Shown here in pieces: positions 22,690-31,199 of a stretch of 64,000 nt of DNA; the first letter of the stretch is position 1; each line of letters begins with the position of its first letter. This DNA is from Polyangiales bacterium (GTDB lineage: Bacteria; Myxococcota_A; Polyangia; Polyangiales; Polyangiaceae): NCBI GenBank assembly GCA_038231275.1, contig JBBRLQ010000024.1, positions 32,001 to 96,000 on the forward strand. Direction: 5' to 3'. The position numbers were made by a program, and so were the translations under genes. The notes beneath the pieces were generated by a model. The model searched no databases. It was not told the DNA's origin and saw only the letters and a program-made list of their open reading frames with translations.

Positions 22690-23349
22690 ATGGCTGGCAT
22701 TTGGAAGCACTACACGGATGGCGGGTGGGGGATGCACATCATCCTTCTTTGGTCGATCGTCACGATCGGCATCATCATCGAGCGCGCCCTCTATCTGTAC
22801 GGCTCGTCGATCAACAAGGACGTGTTCCTCGCGACGATGCAGAAGTGCATCTTGGCGGGTGACGTCGCGAAGGCCGTCAAGATGTGCTCCGCCGCGAACG
22901 CGCCTCTCGCGCGCATCGTGCAGTCGGGCCTCGTGAAGGTGAATCGCCCGGACGAGGAAGTCCAGGCGGCGATGGATGAAGCGGCCCTCCGCGAAATCCC
23001 GCGCATCGCGAAGCGCACCGGCTACCTCGCACTCCTCGCGAACCTCGCGATGCTCACCGGCCTCCTCGGGACCGTCTCCGGCCTCATCCGGAGCTTCGGT
23101 GCCGTGTCGGGCGAGAGCGTCGACCCGAGCCAGAAGGCGCGAATCCTCGCCGAAGGCATCTCGGAGGCGATGAACTGCACCGCATTCGGGCTCATCGTCG
23201 CCATCATCGGCCTCATCGGGTACGCCGTCCTCAACGGCAAGACCCAGGCGCTCGAGGACGACATCAACGAAGCGAGCGTCCAGGTGCTCAACCTCGTCGT
23301 GACGAACCGCCAGAAGGTCAACCTCTCAGGCCTCGGCCAAGCCGCTTAG
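22690..23349 (+). CDS. MotA/TolQ/ExbB proton-channel protein (AglR-like paralog)
   Basis: ANLAMLTGLLGTVSGLI, GISEAMNCTAFGL; strong RBS GAGGAGG. Confidence 0.92.
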   Translation: MAGIWKHYTDGGWGMHIILLWSIVTIGIIIERALYLYGSSINKDVFLATMQKCILAGDVAKAVKMCSAANAPLARIVQSGLVKVNRPDEEVQAAMDEAALREIPRIAKRTGYLALLANLAMLTGLLGTVSGLIRSFGAVSGESVDPSQKARILAEGISEAMNCTAFGLIVAIIGLIGYAVLNGKTQALEDDINEASVQVLNLVVTNRQKVNLSGLGQAA

Positions 23350-23515
23350 TAGCGCCGCGTCTTTCGCCGATACCTTCGCGGGCCCGTCGTTGGGATTCGT
23401 CGCCGTTACAGGAAGTACGGCTCCTCGTCCCGCCTAGGGCTCGCTCGGTCTCGGCGAAATCCACGACGCTACTTCGGGTGTGGGAAAACGGTCTTTGTGT
23501 GAAGCGGAGTAAAAG

Positions 23516-24094
23516 ATGGCCGGAGTAGGCGTAGAAGCAGCCAAGGGCGGACGCAGGACGACCGACTCGGAGATCAACATGATCCCGATGATCGATCTCC
23601 TGATGGTGACCATCTCGTTCCTCCTGATCACCGCGGTGTGGACGCACATGTCGCGCATCAACGCGGATGCGCAGGTGCCTGGTCCGCCGCGGCCCGACGT
23701 CGAGCAAGACAAGGTCGAGCCCGAGAAGCAGCTCCACGTGGAGATGCGCCAGCCGGATCACTTCACGCTCGTGTGGAAGCAGTCCGGCACCATCATCACG
23801 ACGATCGACGTCCCGCGTAAGGACAACATCGAGACGATGGGCGCGACCAAGATCAAGATGGTCCGGTACAAGGAGCTCGCCGACAAGATCGAGAGCGAGT
23901 GGAAGACCGTGGGGCAGCACCGCGACGGGACGGACAAGAAGTTCGACCAGGCGATCCTGCACACGGACAACGACACGCCGTACATGAACATCATCGGCGT
24001 CATCGACGCGATCTACCAACCGAAGCGTGATTACACGGTGAACGGTAAGACCGAGAAGATGCCCTCCTTCAACGTGACCTTCGCGGTGAACTAG
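23516..24094 (+). CDS. ExbD/TolR-family protein
   Basis: EINMIPMIDLLMVTISFLL; TPYMNIIGVIDA. Confidence 0.88.
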   Translation: MAGVGVEAAKGGRRTTDSEINMIPMIDLLMVTISFLLITAVWTHMSRINADAQVPGPPRPDVEQDKVEPEKQLHVEMRQPDHFTLVWKQSGTIITTIDVPRKDNIETMGATKIKMVRYKELADKIESEWKTVGQHRDGTDKKFDQAILHTDNDTPYMNIIGVIDAIYQPKRDYTVNGKTEKMPSFNVTFAVN

Positions 24095-24096
24095 CC

Positions 24097-24639
24097 ATGA
24101 CGATCCAAGAGCCCGGCCGCCGGTTGATGCACGCGGTCCCGCTGAAGTTCGTTCAGAAGCGGGTCAAGGGCGGCGGACACCGGCCGATCAACGCGGGCTT
24201 GTCGCTGACGAGCATGATCGACTTCCTCGTCGTCACCGTCGTCTTCCTCCTGATGACGTTCGACGCGTCCGGCGAGAAGCCCGCCAACAAAGGCGTGACG
24301 CTCCCGCCCGCCGAGAACACGCTCGACATGATCGACGCCCCGATGGTGGCGGTCACGGGCTCGCTCATCCTGGTCGACGGCACGCCGGCCGGCAACACGC
24401 GCGCCATCGAGGACAGCAAGCGCCTCCAGCGCGTGGACGAGCTCTTCAACCTGCTCAAGGGCAAGCGCGAGCTCTGGAAGCAGCTCCACCCGGGCAAGGA
24501 TTTCCCGGGCGTCGTCGTTCTGCAGATCGACCAAGAGGTTCAGGCGATCGTCGTGAAGAGCGTGTTCCAAACGGCCGCGTTCGCGGGTTACCCGAACGTT
24601 TCGTTCATGGTCAACGCGCTGCCGAAAACGACTCATTGA
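24097..24639 (+). CDS. ExbD/TolR-family protein
   Basis: LSLTSMIDFLVVTVVFLL; LQIDQ..VVKSVFQTAAFAGYPNVSF. Confidence 0.88.
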   Translation: MTIQEPGRRLMHAVPLKFVQKRVKGGGHRPINAGLSLTSMIDFLVVTVVFLLMTFDASGEKPANKGVTLPPAENTLDMIDAPMVAVTGSLILVDGTPAGNTRAIEDSKRLQRVDELFNLLKGKRELWKQLHPGKDFPGVVVLQIDQEVQAIVVKSVFQTAAFAGYPNVSFMVNALPKTTH

Positions 24640-24785
24640 GCTCGCTGCGCGAGCACAATGAGCCGTTGGCAGCTTGATTTGAGCTAGTGGGGCTTTCGCC
24701 CCCTCAAAACCTTCGGTTTTGAGCCTCCCCTCATCGCCTGCGGCGAAGTCGTGCTTAGCACGACGGCGGACCCGAAGGTTTCTAG

Positions 24786-25748
24786 ATGGCAGATAGGGAA
24801 GTCGGGCTGAAGTCCATTCGCGACGCCAAGGGGAATCGGGAGCGGGCGCAGAGTCGGGTGACGCCGCAGCACATGCTCTTCGTGCTCTTGTCGGCGGTGA
24901 CGGTGACGATCATTTATTTTGTCGTCGCGGGGCGGAACCTCGACGCGAACAAGGACAAGCTGCTGCAGAAGCAGCGCGCGGTGCAGGCCACCGTGGGGGC
25001 CGAGTGGGGGCCGCTGCGCGACAAGATCGAGAAGGCGACGCTCGACGCGGCGGCGACGTTCAAGGGGGACTTCGTCGACTCGGAGGCGGGGCGGCTCGAG
25101 TTCCGCACGGCGCCTGGGATCTATCTCCGCATGCGCGCCGCGGAGGCGAAAGACGCCGCGAGCCTTCGCAAGGCCGCGCGGACGTCGCTGCGTGACTCGT
25201 TCGTGGGGTGCCTCCTCCGCGGGGCGCCGAAGCCTGCGGCCGCGCACACCACCGACGCCACCGACGCCGGCCTCTTCCCCGATCAGCCGTGGAACATGCG
25301 CCAGGCCTACACCGCCACGCGCATCCTCACCGACGACTGGGTGACCGATGTGAAGGCGTCGGACGACGATCTGCGCCTGCGCGTCTTCCAGCAGCAATAC
25401 GACCAAGCCATCCGTGATGAGATCCCGCTGGCGATCGAGATGCTCAAAAAAGCGCAGTTCTTCCTCCTCGTGCTCGACGAGGACACCGAGGCCGCGCGCG
25501 ACGCCAACGATGGCGGCCGCATCGACGAGGAGTCGCTCCAGCTCGTGCCGCATCCCTCGCGCGTGCACCTCGTCAATTTGAAGACCGGGGCGGAGATGCT
25601 TCTGCTGAAGCGGAGCGGGCAGGCGTCGTTCTACATGGCCGGCGATCGGGCTACGCTCGATCCGGAGACGCGCGCGGCGATGCAGCGCAACGTGAACAAC
25701 TGCGATCTCGCCAACCAGGTCACCGCGGCGCTGGCGGAGAAGAACTGA
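24786..25748 (+). CDS. Hypothetical membrane-anchored protein
   Basis: Single N-terminal TM followed by a soluble domain; coding-like composition; 2 bp from the next gene. Confidence 0.7.
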   Translation: MADREVGLKSIRDAKGNRERAQSRVTPQHMLFVLLSAVTVTIIYFVVAGRNLDANKDKLLQKQRAVQATVGAEWGPLRDKIEKATLDAAATFKGDFVDSEAGRLEFRTAPGIYLRMRAAEAKDAASLRKAARTSLRDSFVGCLLRGAPKPAAAHTTDATDAGLFPDQPWNMRQAYTATRILTDDWVTDVKASDDDLRLRVFQQQYDQAIRDEIPLAIEMLKKAQFFLLVLDEDTEAARDANDGGRIDEESLQLVPHPSRVHLVNLKTGAEMLLLKRSGQASFYMAGDRATLDPETRAAMQRNVNNCDLANQVTAALAEKN

Positions 25749-25750
25749 GC

Positions 25751-27487
25751 ATGTCGCCGGACCCGCGCGTCGAGCGCGGCGGCGCGGCGGCGGTCGCGGG
25801 CGCGTTGGGGCTCGGGTATTTCGCGACGGCGTGCCCGTTCGTGCTCGGGGCCGACAACGGCGAGTTCGCGACGATCTTCGCCGAGGGAGGCGGCGCGCAT
25901 CCGCCGGGGTATCCGCTGTATGCCCTGTATTTGCGGGCGATGGCGTGGATGCCGGCGGCGAACGCGGCGCACGGATCGGCGCGCGCGACGGCGCTGCTCG
26001 GGATGGTCGGCGTCGCGCTCGTGTACGCGGCGTGCCGGGCGTGGGGGGCCTCGCGGCCGTCGGCGACGCTGGCGATGGGGATGTTCGGCCTCGGGCGCAT
26101 CGCGTGGGAGCAGCTCACGCAGGCGGAGGCGTTCGCGCTCAACGTCGTCTTGTGCGCGGCGTTCCTGGCGGCGGCCGGAGAGACGGCGCGCGTTCGTGGT
26201 GGGACGCGTCTCGTCGTCCTCGGCGCGCTGACGGGGCTCGGGGCTGCGCACCATCACACCCTCGCGACGCTGATGCCCATCGGAGTCGTCGCCGCGGTGC
26301 GCGCGTTTCGCGAGGAGGGGGCGCGTCCGCGGGACTTCGCGGCGGCGATCGTCGCGTTCGTCGGGGGGATCTCCGCGTATCTGTACCCCGTGCTCCTCGC
26401 GCGGAACCCAGCGGGGCGTTGGATCTGGGGGGCGCCGAGCGACCTGCGGAGCACCTTCTATTTGTTCGTGCGCGGCGACTACTGGATGACGCGGCAGAGC
26501 CCGCGCGGTCCGTGGGAGCAGATCGAGGCGCTGGGGGCGGGGCTCGGCGAGGCGTTCGCGGCCATCGGGCTCGTCTTCGTCGTCGCGGGTCTCGCGATCC
26601 TCGTCGTGCGCGCGCGCGGCGCAAAGACGCTGCCGCGGGCGTATGGCGTCGCGCTCGTCCTCAGCGTGCTCCTCGCGGGGCCGGCGCTCCTGACGCAGTT
26701 CGGAGGGCGCCCGATCGGGATCGGCCGCGCGGTGTCCGAGCGTTTCTACCTGCTCCCTGCCCTGCTGGCGTGCCTGGCCTTCGCGCGCGGCCTCGACGTG
26801 ATCCTCACGCGCCGCGCGCACCCGTGGCGATGGAGCGTGGCGGCGCTGGCGGCGCTCGCCCTGTACCACGTCGTCGTCGTGCGGCCCGAGGTTCGCGAGG
26901 ACGAGCGGCCGACGATCGATCGGTACGCGCGCAATCTGCTTCGCTCCGTACCTCCGGACAGCGTCATCGCGGGAAACGGCGACCTCCAGATTTTCAGTGT
27001 ACTCTACATGCAACACGCGGAGCGGATACGCCGGGACGTCGTCTACGTCGATGTCGGGATGATGGGCCTGCCCTGGTATGCGAGCGAGCCGACGGCGAGG
27101 CTGTCCCTGATGCCCGGGGCGGCGTTCGATCTGCCGTCGTTCTTCGATGGGATGCTCGACGCGGGGCGCCCGCTCTTCGTCACGACCCCCGACTTCACGC
27201 TGCCGCCGCGCTTCGCGTTGATTCCGTGGGGCGCCCTCTTTCACGTCGTGCGCGCGGAGGCGCCGGCGCCGAGCCTCGACGAGCTCGAAGCGCAGAACCT
27301 GGCGCTCGCGCGGACGTTCGCGTGGGACGAGACACCCGTGAAGGATCACTGGTCGTGGTCGGGCGTCGCCGAGAACGCGTACCGCGCGCCGTGGCTCGCG
27401 CTGGCGCAGGGATTCAAGGCGGCGGGCCGACCCGAAGACGCCAAGCGGAACGCGGTGCGCGCGTCGCGGGGATCACTAGGGCCCTGA
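25751..27487 (+). CDS. DUF2723 / TMEM260-like GT-C membrane glycosyltransferase
   Basis: GADNGEF...AHPPGYPLY, AEAFALN, AHHHT, ERFYLLP; many TM segments. Confidence 0.75.
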   Translation: MSPDPRVERGGAAAVAGALGLGYFATACPFVLGADNGEFATIFAEGGGAHPPGYPLYALYLRAMAWMPAANAAHGSARATALLGMVGVALVYAACRAWGASRPSATLAMGMFGLGRIAWEQLTQAEAFALNVVLCAAFLAAAGETARVRGGTRLVVLGALTGLGAAHHHTLATLMPIGVVAAVRAFREEGARPRDFAAAIVAFVGGISAYLYPVLLARNPAGRWIWGAPSDLRSTFYLFVRGDYWMTRQSPRGPWEQIEALGAGLGEAFAAIGLVFVVAGLAILVVRARGAKTLPRAYGVALVLSVLLAGPALLTQFGGRPIGIGRAVSERFYLLPALLACLAFARGLDVILTRRAHPWRWSVAALAALALYHVVVVRPEVREDERPTIDRYARNLLRSVPPDSVIAGNGDLQIFSVLYMQHAERIRRDVVYVDVGMMGLPWYASEPTARLSLMPGAAFDLPSFFDGMLDAGRPLFVTTPDFTLPPRFALIPWGALFHVVRAEAPAPSLDELEAQNLALARTFAWDETPVKDHWSWSGVAENAYRAPWLALAQGFKAAGRPEDAKRNAVRASRGSLGP

Positions 27488-27492
27488 GCGAC

Positions 27493-28710
27493 TCACTTTT
27501 CGCGGATGAGGACGTGCAGATCCGCGAGGTTCAGGCCGGTCGGTCCCCCGGGCAGGGCGGACTTCGCTTCCAGGTGCAGCGCCGCCGTGTCGAAGCGGCG
27601 GACCGCCTCGTCGCACTTGGCTTCGTCGATCGCTGTGCAGAACTCCGCGTCGACGACCGCGCCGGCGGTGCTGCTCCCGCCGTCGACGCCGTCCGACGCG
27701 CCACACAAGAACGAGACGCCCGCCGGCAGCGTGTGCGCGAGGACGGCCGCGAGGTGGCACGCGCGACCGCCACGGCCGGGCTTGATGCCCCCCATCGCCA
27801 CGAGCGGCTCGGCGGCGCGTACCACCGCTTCGCCGCGATCGAGCTTGTGCGCGATGGCTCGGTACTCCGACGCCATGCGCTGCACCTCGAGGCTCTGCGG
27901 CGGGAGCGTGCGGACGCCGTACCCGTGCTTCATGAGGAGCTCGGCGGCGATGCGCGCGAGATCGTCGGGAGCGAGGATGGTGCGCACCTTTTGAAGCGAA
28001 GCCTCGGGATCGCCGGGCTTCAGCGTCTCCTTCATCGGAATGCCCCGGAACCTGCGCGCGTGATGCAGCAGGATCGCGCGCGCCTCGGAGGCGGTCGTCG
28101 GATCGGGGACGGTGGGGCCGGAGCCGACGTCGTGCGGCGCGCCGCCGATGACGTCGCTCACGAGGTACGCGAGCGTGTGCGTCGGCGCCGCGGCGCGTGT
28201 GAGGCCGCCGCCCTTCAGCTTGGAGATGTGCCGACGAACCGTGTTGAGCTCCTGGATCGTCGCGCCCGAGCCCATCATCGCCGTGATGATGTCGCGCTTT
28301 TCCTCGAGCGTGATCCCGTCGATGGGCACCGCGACGAGGGAGGACGTGCCGCCAGAAATGAGCGCGAGCACGAGACCCGGCGCCTCGCGGGCGACGTCGA
28401 TGGCGCGGACCGCCGCGGCGACGCTGCGCATGTCGGGGAGAGGATGGGGCGCGCGCAGGAGCTCGACGCGCGGATCCGACAGGCCGCACGGGACGCCGTC
28501 GGCGGTGACGACCAGCACTTTGTCGATGTACGGGCTCCATCGCTCGAGCGCGCCCGCCGCCATCGCCGGCGCGGCCTTGCCGAGCGCGATGATCGACGCC
28601 GACAGCGCGCGCGGCGGTCGCGCCGGCAAGACGTCGTGCACGCGCGTGGCCACGTCCGTCGACGTGACGGTGGCCTGGAAGATCTGGAACAGCAGATCGC
28701 GCAAGCTCAT
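27493..28710 (-). CDS. Glycerate kinase type 2 / hydroxypyruvate reductase (DUF4147 + MOFRL)
   Basis: ALGKAAPAMA, HPLPD, LISGGTSSL, ELNTVRRHISKLKGGGL, SDVIG, GSGPT, SDGVDG, TGLNLADL. Confidence 0.88.
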   Translation of the reverse strand: MSLRDLLFQIFQATVTSTDVATRVHDVLPARPPRALSASIIALGKAAPAMAAGALERWSPYIDKVLVVTADGVPCGLSDPRVELLRAPHPLPDMRSVAAAVRAIDVAREAPGLVLALISGGTSSLVAVPIDGITLEEKRDIITAMMGSGATIQELNTVRRHISKLKGGGLTRAAAPTHTLAYLVSDVIGGAPHDVGSGPTVPDPTTASEARAILLHHARRFRGIPMKETLKPGDPEASLQKVRTILAPDDLARIAAELLMKHGYGVRTLPPQSLEVQRMASEYRAIAHKLDRGEAVVRAAEPLVAMGGIKPGRGGRACHLAAVLAHTLPAGVSFLCGASDGVDGGSSTAGAVVDAEFCTAIDEAKCDEAVRRFDTAALHLEAKSALPGGPTGLNLADLHVLIREK

Positions 28711-29339
28711 TTCGGACCGCGGTCGTCGAAGTCCACGGCGTGCGTGCCGAAGAACTGGTGCCACGCAAGCGTCACCGAGAGGTACGCCGCGCGATCGGAC
28801 GGACCGCGAACCGTCCCCTCCCCGAGCGCCGCGTCGCTCCACCGAACGCCGCCGTGGAGGCCGATCCACGGACCGCTCGCGCGCGCGAAGACAGGGAGCT
28901 CGAGGCCGACGCCGAGCTGGAGACCCGGCTTGTCGCCGAGCGAGCCGCCGATGGGTTGCGCGAAGAAGGTGCCGAGCTCGAGGCCGAACGAGTCGATTGC
29001 GAGGTCCACGCGCGGCGAGCCGAATTCGCGATCTTGGAGCCAACGCGCGAGGAAGAGCGGACGCAGCTCGAGGCCGAACGAGACGACGCGCTTCGGTTCT
29101 GCGCCCGACGACAGCACGGCGGCGTCCTCGTAGGCCGCGTAGACGCCGACGCTGTCGAGGTACCGCACCCTCAGGTCCAGCGTACCGCGCGCGCCGCCGG
29201 GGCCGACCGTCGCGCCGAGGCCGCCCACGACCGAGACGTCGCCGTCGATGCGTCCGTACGTCGCGTCGGGCTTCTCGAGGCGCGGCGGCGCGGCGGGCGG
29301 CGCGACGGTCGCGACCTGCGCGAAAACGAGCGCGAGCAT
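28707..29339 (-). CDS. Hypothetical protein, possible outer-membrane beta-barrel
   Basis: Alternating beta-strand pattern (VSFGLELRP, GLQLGVGLEL, YLSVTLAW); overlaps both neighbours. Confidence 0.55.
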   Translation of the reverse strand: MLALVFAQVATVAPPAAPPRLEKPDATYGRIDGDVSVVGGLGATVGPGGARGTLDLRVRYLDSVGVYAAYEDAAVLSSGAEPKRVVSFGLELRPLFLARWLQDREFGSPRVDLAIDSFGLELGTFFAQPIGGSLGDKPGLQLGVGLELPVFARASGPWIGLHGGVRWSDAALGEGTVRGPSDRAAYLSVTLAWHQFFGTHAVDFDDRGPK

Positions 29340-30661
29340 CACGGCCCCTGCCCGCCAAGCGCGAGGGTGATCTCGTCGCGCAGCTCGGGGGCGACGATGA
29401 GCCTCACGCGCGAGAGGACCTGGCCCGCGAGGCGCGCGAGGATGAACGAGACGTCGCTCAGCGGACGCGCCGGCCCCTTCTGGAAGACCACCATGAGCGG
29501 CTCCGGCTCCGCGCCGAACGGCGTGTCGGTGGAGACGTCGAGGCCGACGTACATGTCCGGATCGAGCCCGCGTTTTTGAGCGACGTCGCGCGCCACGGCG
29601 AGCGCTTCGTCGCGCCCGGGACGAATCGCTTGCTCGCCGAAGAGCTCGTACGTCTTGAAGAGGACGCGCGCGCGAATTCGGCGCGACATGTCCGCGAGCG
29701 GCGCGTCGCGAGCCCCCTCCCACGCATGAATGGCCGTAAAAATGGCCGCGTCGTCGAGCTCGAGGTAGTCGCCGAGCGCGAGCGGCTGACCATGCGCCCC
29801 TTGCTCGATCGCGCGCGGAAGCATCGGGAGGCGATCTCCGGCGGCGACGCACTGGGTCGCGCGCGCGAGGACGGTGCGGATCATCCACTCGGCGGCGCGC
29901 GTCGCCTTGTGCAAGTACACCTGCTGGAACATGAAGAGGCGCGACAAGATGAACGCCTCGATGGCCGGCAGCCCCTTCGCCCCATCGATCGCGAGGCCCG
30001 GCGCGCGACCCTCTTTCGCCGGCGCGAAGCGAAGGCTGCGAAAGAGCCACGGCAGATCGTAGTCGCCATAGCGGACGCCGGTGGCATGCGCGTCGCGGAG
30101 GAGGTAGTCGCAGCGGTCGACGTCGAGGGTGCCGCTCACCGCCTTCGCGAGGTACGGGAGCGCCTCGCCGCCTGCCAGGGCTGCCGTGCTCTTGCCCGAC
30201 GCGAGCGCCGCGACCCGCGCCGGCATGAGGGGGTCGAGCGACGCGAGGATCTTGTGAACGCCGGTGCCTGGATCCAAGATGATGCGCTCGGTCCACTCCT
30301 CGTGGTGCGGCGTGCCCGGGATCGCGTCCTCGAAGAGGTGCGAGAGCGGTCCGTGCCCGACGTCGTGGAGGAACGCGGCGGCGAGCGCGTCGCGCGCGCG
30401 ATCGGTCGTGACCTGCTGCCAGAACGGGAGCTCGCCGTGGATCTGCCGCAGGCGCAGGAGGAGCATCTTCATCACGTGCGCGGTGCCGACCGCGTGGGCG
30501 AAGCGCGTGTGCTCGGCGCCCGGGAAGGCGTAGTTGGTGACGCCGAGCTGCCGGATGCGGCGCAGGCGCTGGACCTCCGGCGTGTCCATGAGCTGCTCGA
30601 CGACCTGCTCCTCCTCGGACTCGAACGAGACGAGGCCGTGCACCGGGTCGCGGAGGATCAT
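29339..30661 (-). CDS. HD-domain phosphohydrolase of the SAMHD1/dNTP triphosphohydrolase-like family
   Basis: RDPVHG, QRLRRIRQLG, HTRFAH, LHDVGHGPLSH, DVDRCDYLLRD, QVYLH. Confidence 0.88.
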   Translation of the reverse strand: MILRDPVHGLVSFESEEEQVVEQLMDTPEVQRLRRIRQLGVTNYAFPGAEHTRFAHAVGTAHVMKMLLLRLRQIHGELPFWQQVTTDRARDALAAAFLHDVGHGPLSHLFEDAIPGTPHHEEWTERIILDPGTGVHKILASLDPLMPARVAALASGKSTAALAGGEALPYLAKAVSGTLDVDRCDYLLRDAHATGVRYGDYDLPWLFRSLRFAPAKEGRAPGLAIDGAKGLPAIEAFILSRLFMFQQVYLHKATRAAEWMIRTVLARATQCVAAGDRLPMLPRAIEQGAHGQPLALGDYLELDDAAIFTAIHAWEGARDAPLADMSRRIRARVLFKTYELFGEQAIRPGRDEALAVARDVAQKRGLDPDMYVGLDVSTDTPFGAEPEPLMVVFQKGPARPLSDVSFILARLAGQVLSRVRLIVAPELRDEITLALGGQGP

Positions 30662-30741
30662 CGGAGACGCGAGACTATCAGATCGACCTCACCGCTGCCC
30701 TCGCGTGCGCGACAGCGGTGAGGACGGTCCCGATCTACGAG

Positions 30742-31125
30742 CTAGAGCTTCTCCTTCAAGTAGCTCGTGATGTAGGGCGTCGCAGCGGCTGCAGCGGTCG
30801 AGGCCATCGCCGGATCGAGCCCCGCCTTCGAGACGAGCGCGCTGGTCACTGCACCGACGAGGGCGCCGGTTGCGCCATCCTCCAGCGCTCCCTTGAGCCC
30901 GTCGCCCTTGGCGATGCCAGTCGCGAACGCGGTGAGGAAGTTGCCGATGCCTTGCTGCGCGACGGCACCGCCGCCGTCTTTGAGGTGGTTGGCGACGGCG
31001 TCGGTCGCGTGTCCGAGCGCGCCCTGCGCATCCGCCGGCGGGATGCCGGCCCCGGTGAGCGCGTCGAGCGCCTGCTTGCCGTGGGCGGACGACATGAAAT
31101 CCTTCATCAGCTCTTGAACGTCCAT
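30742..31125 (-). CDS. Small Ala/Gly-rich hypothetical protein
   Basis: AAGGAG RBS before MDVQELMKDF; helical composition. Confidence 0.65.
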   Translation of the reverse strand: MDVQELMKDFMSSAHGKQALDALTGAGIPPADAQGALGHATDAVANHLKDGGGAVAQQGIGNFLTAFATGIAKGDGLKGALEDGATGALVGAVTSALVSKAGLDPAMASTAAAAATPYITSYLKEKL

Positions 31126-31199
31126 CGGCGGGTGCTCCTTCTCTTTTCGCTTCGTTACGAGGGCGCGGTGTTCGTAGCACGGCCATGTGCGCGGATCGC

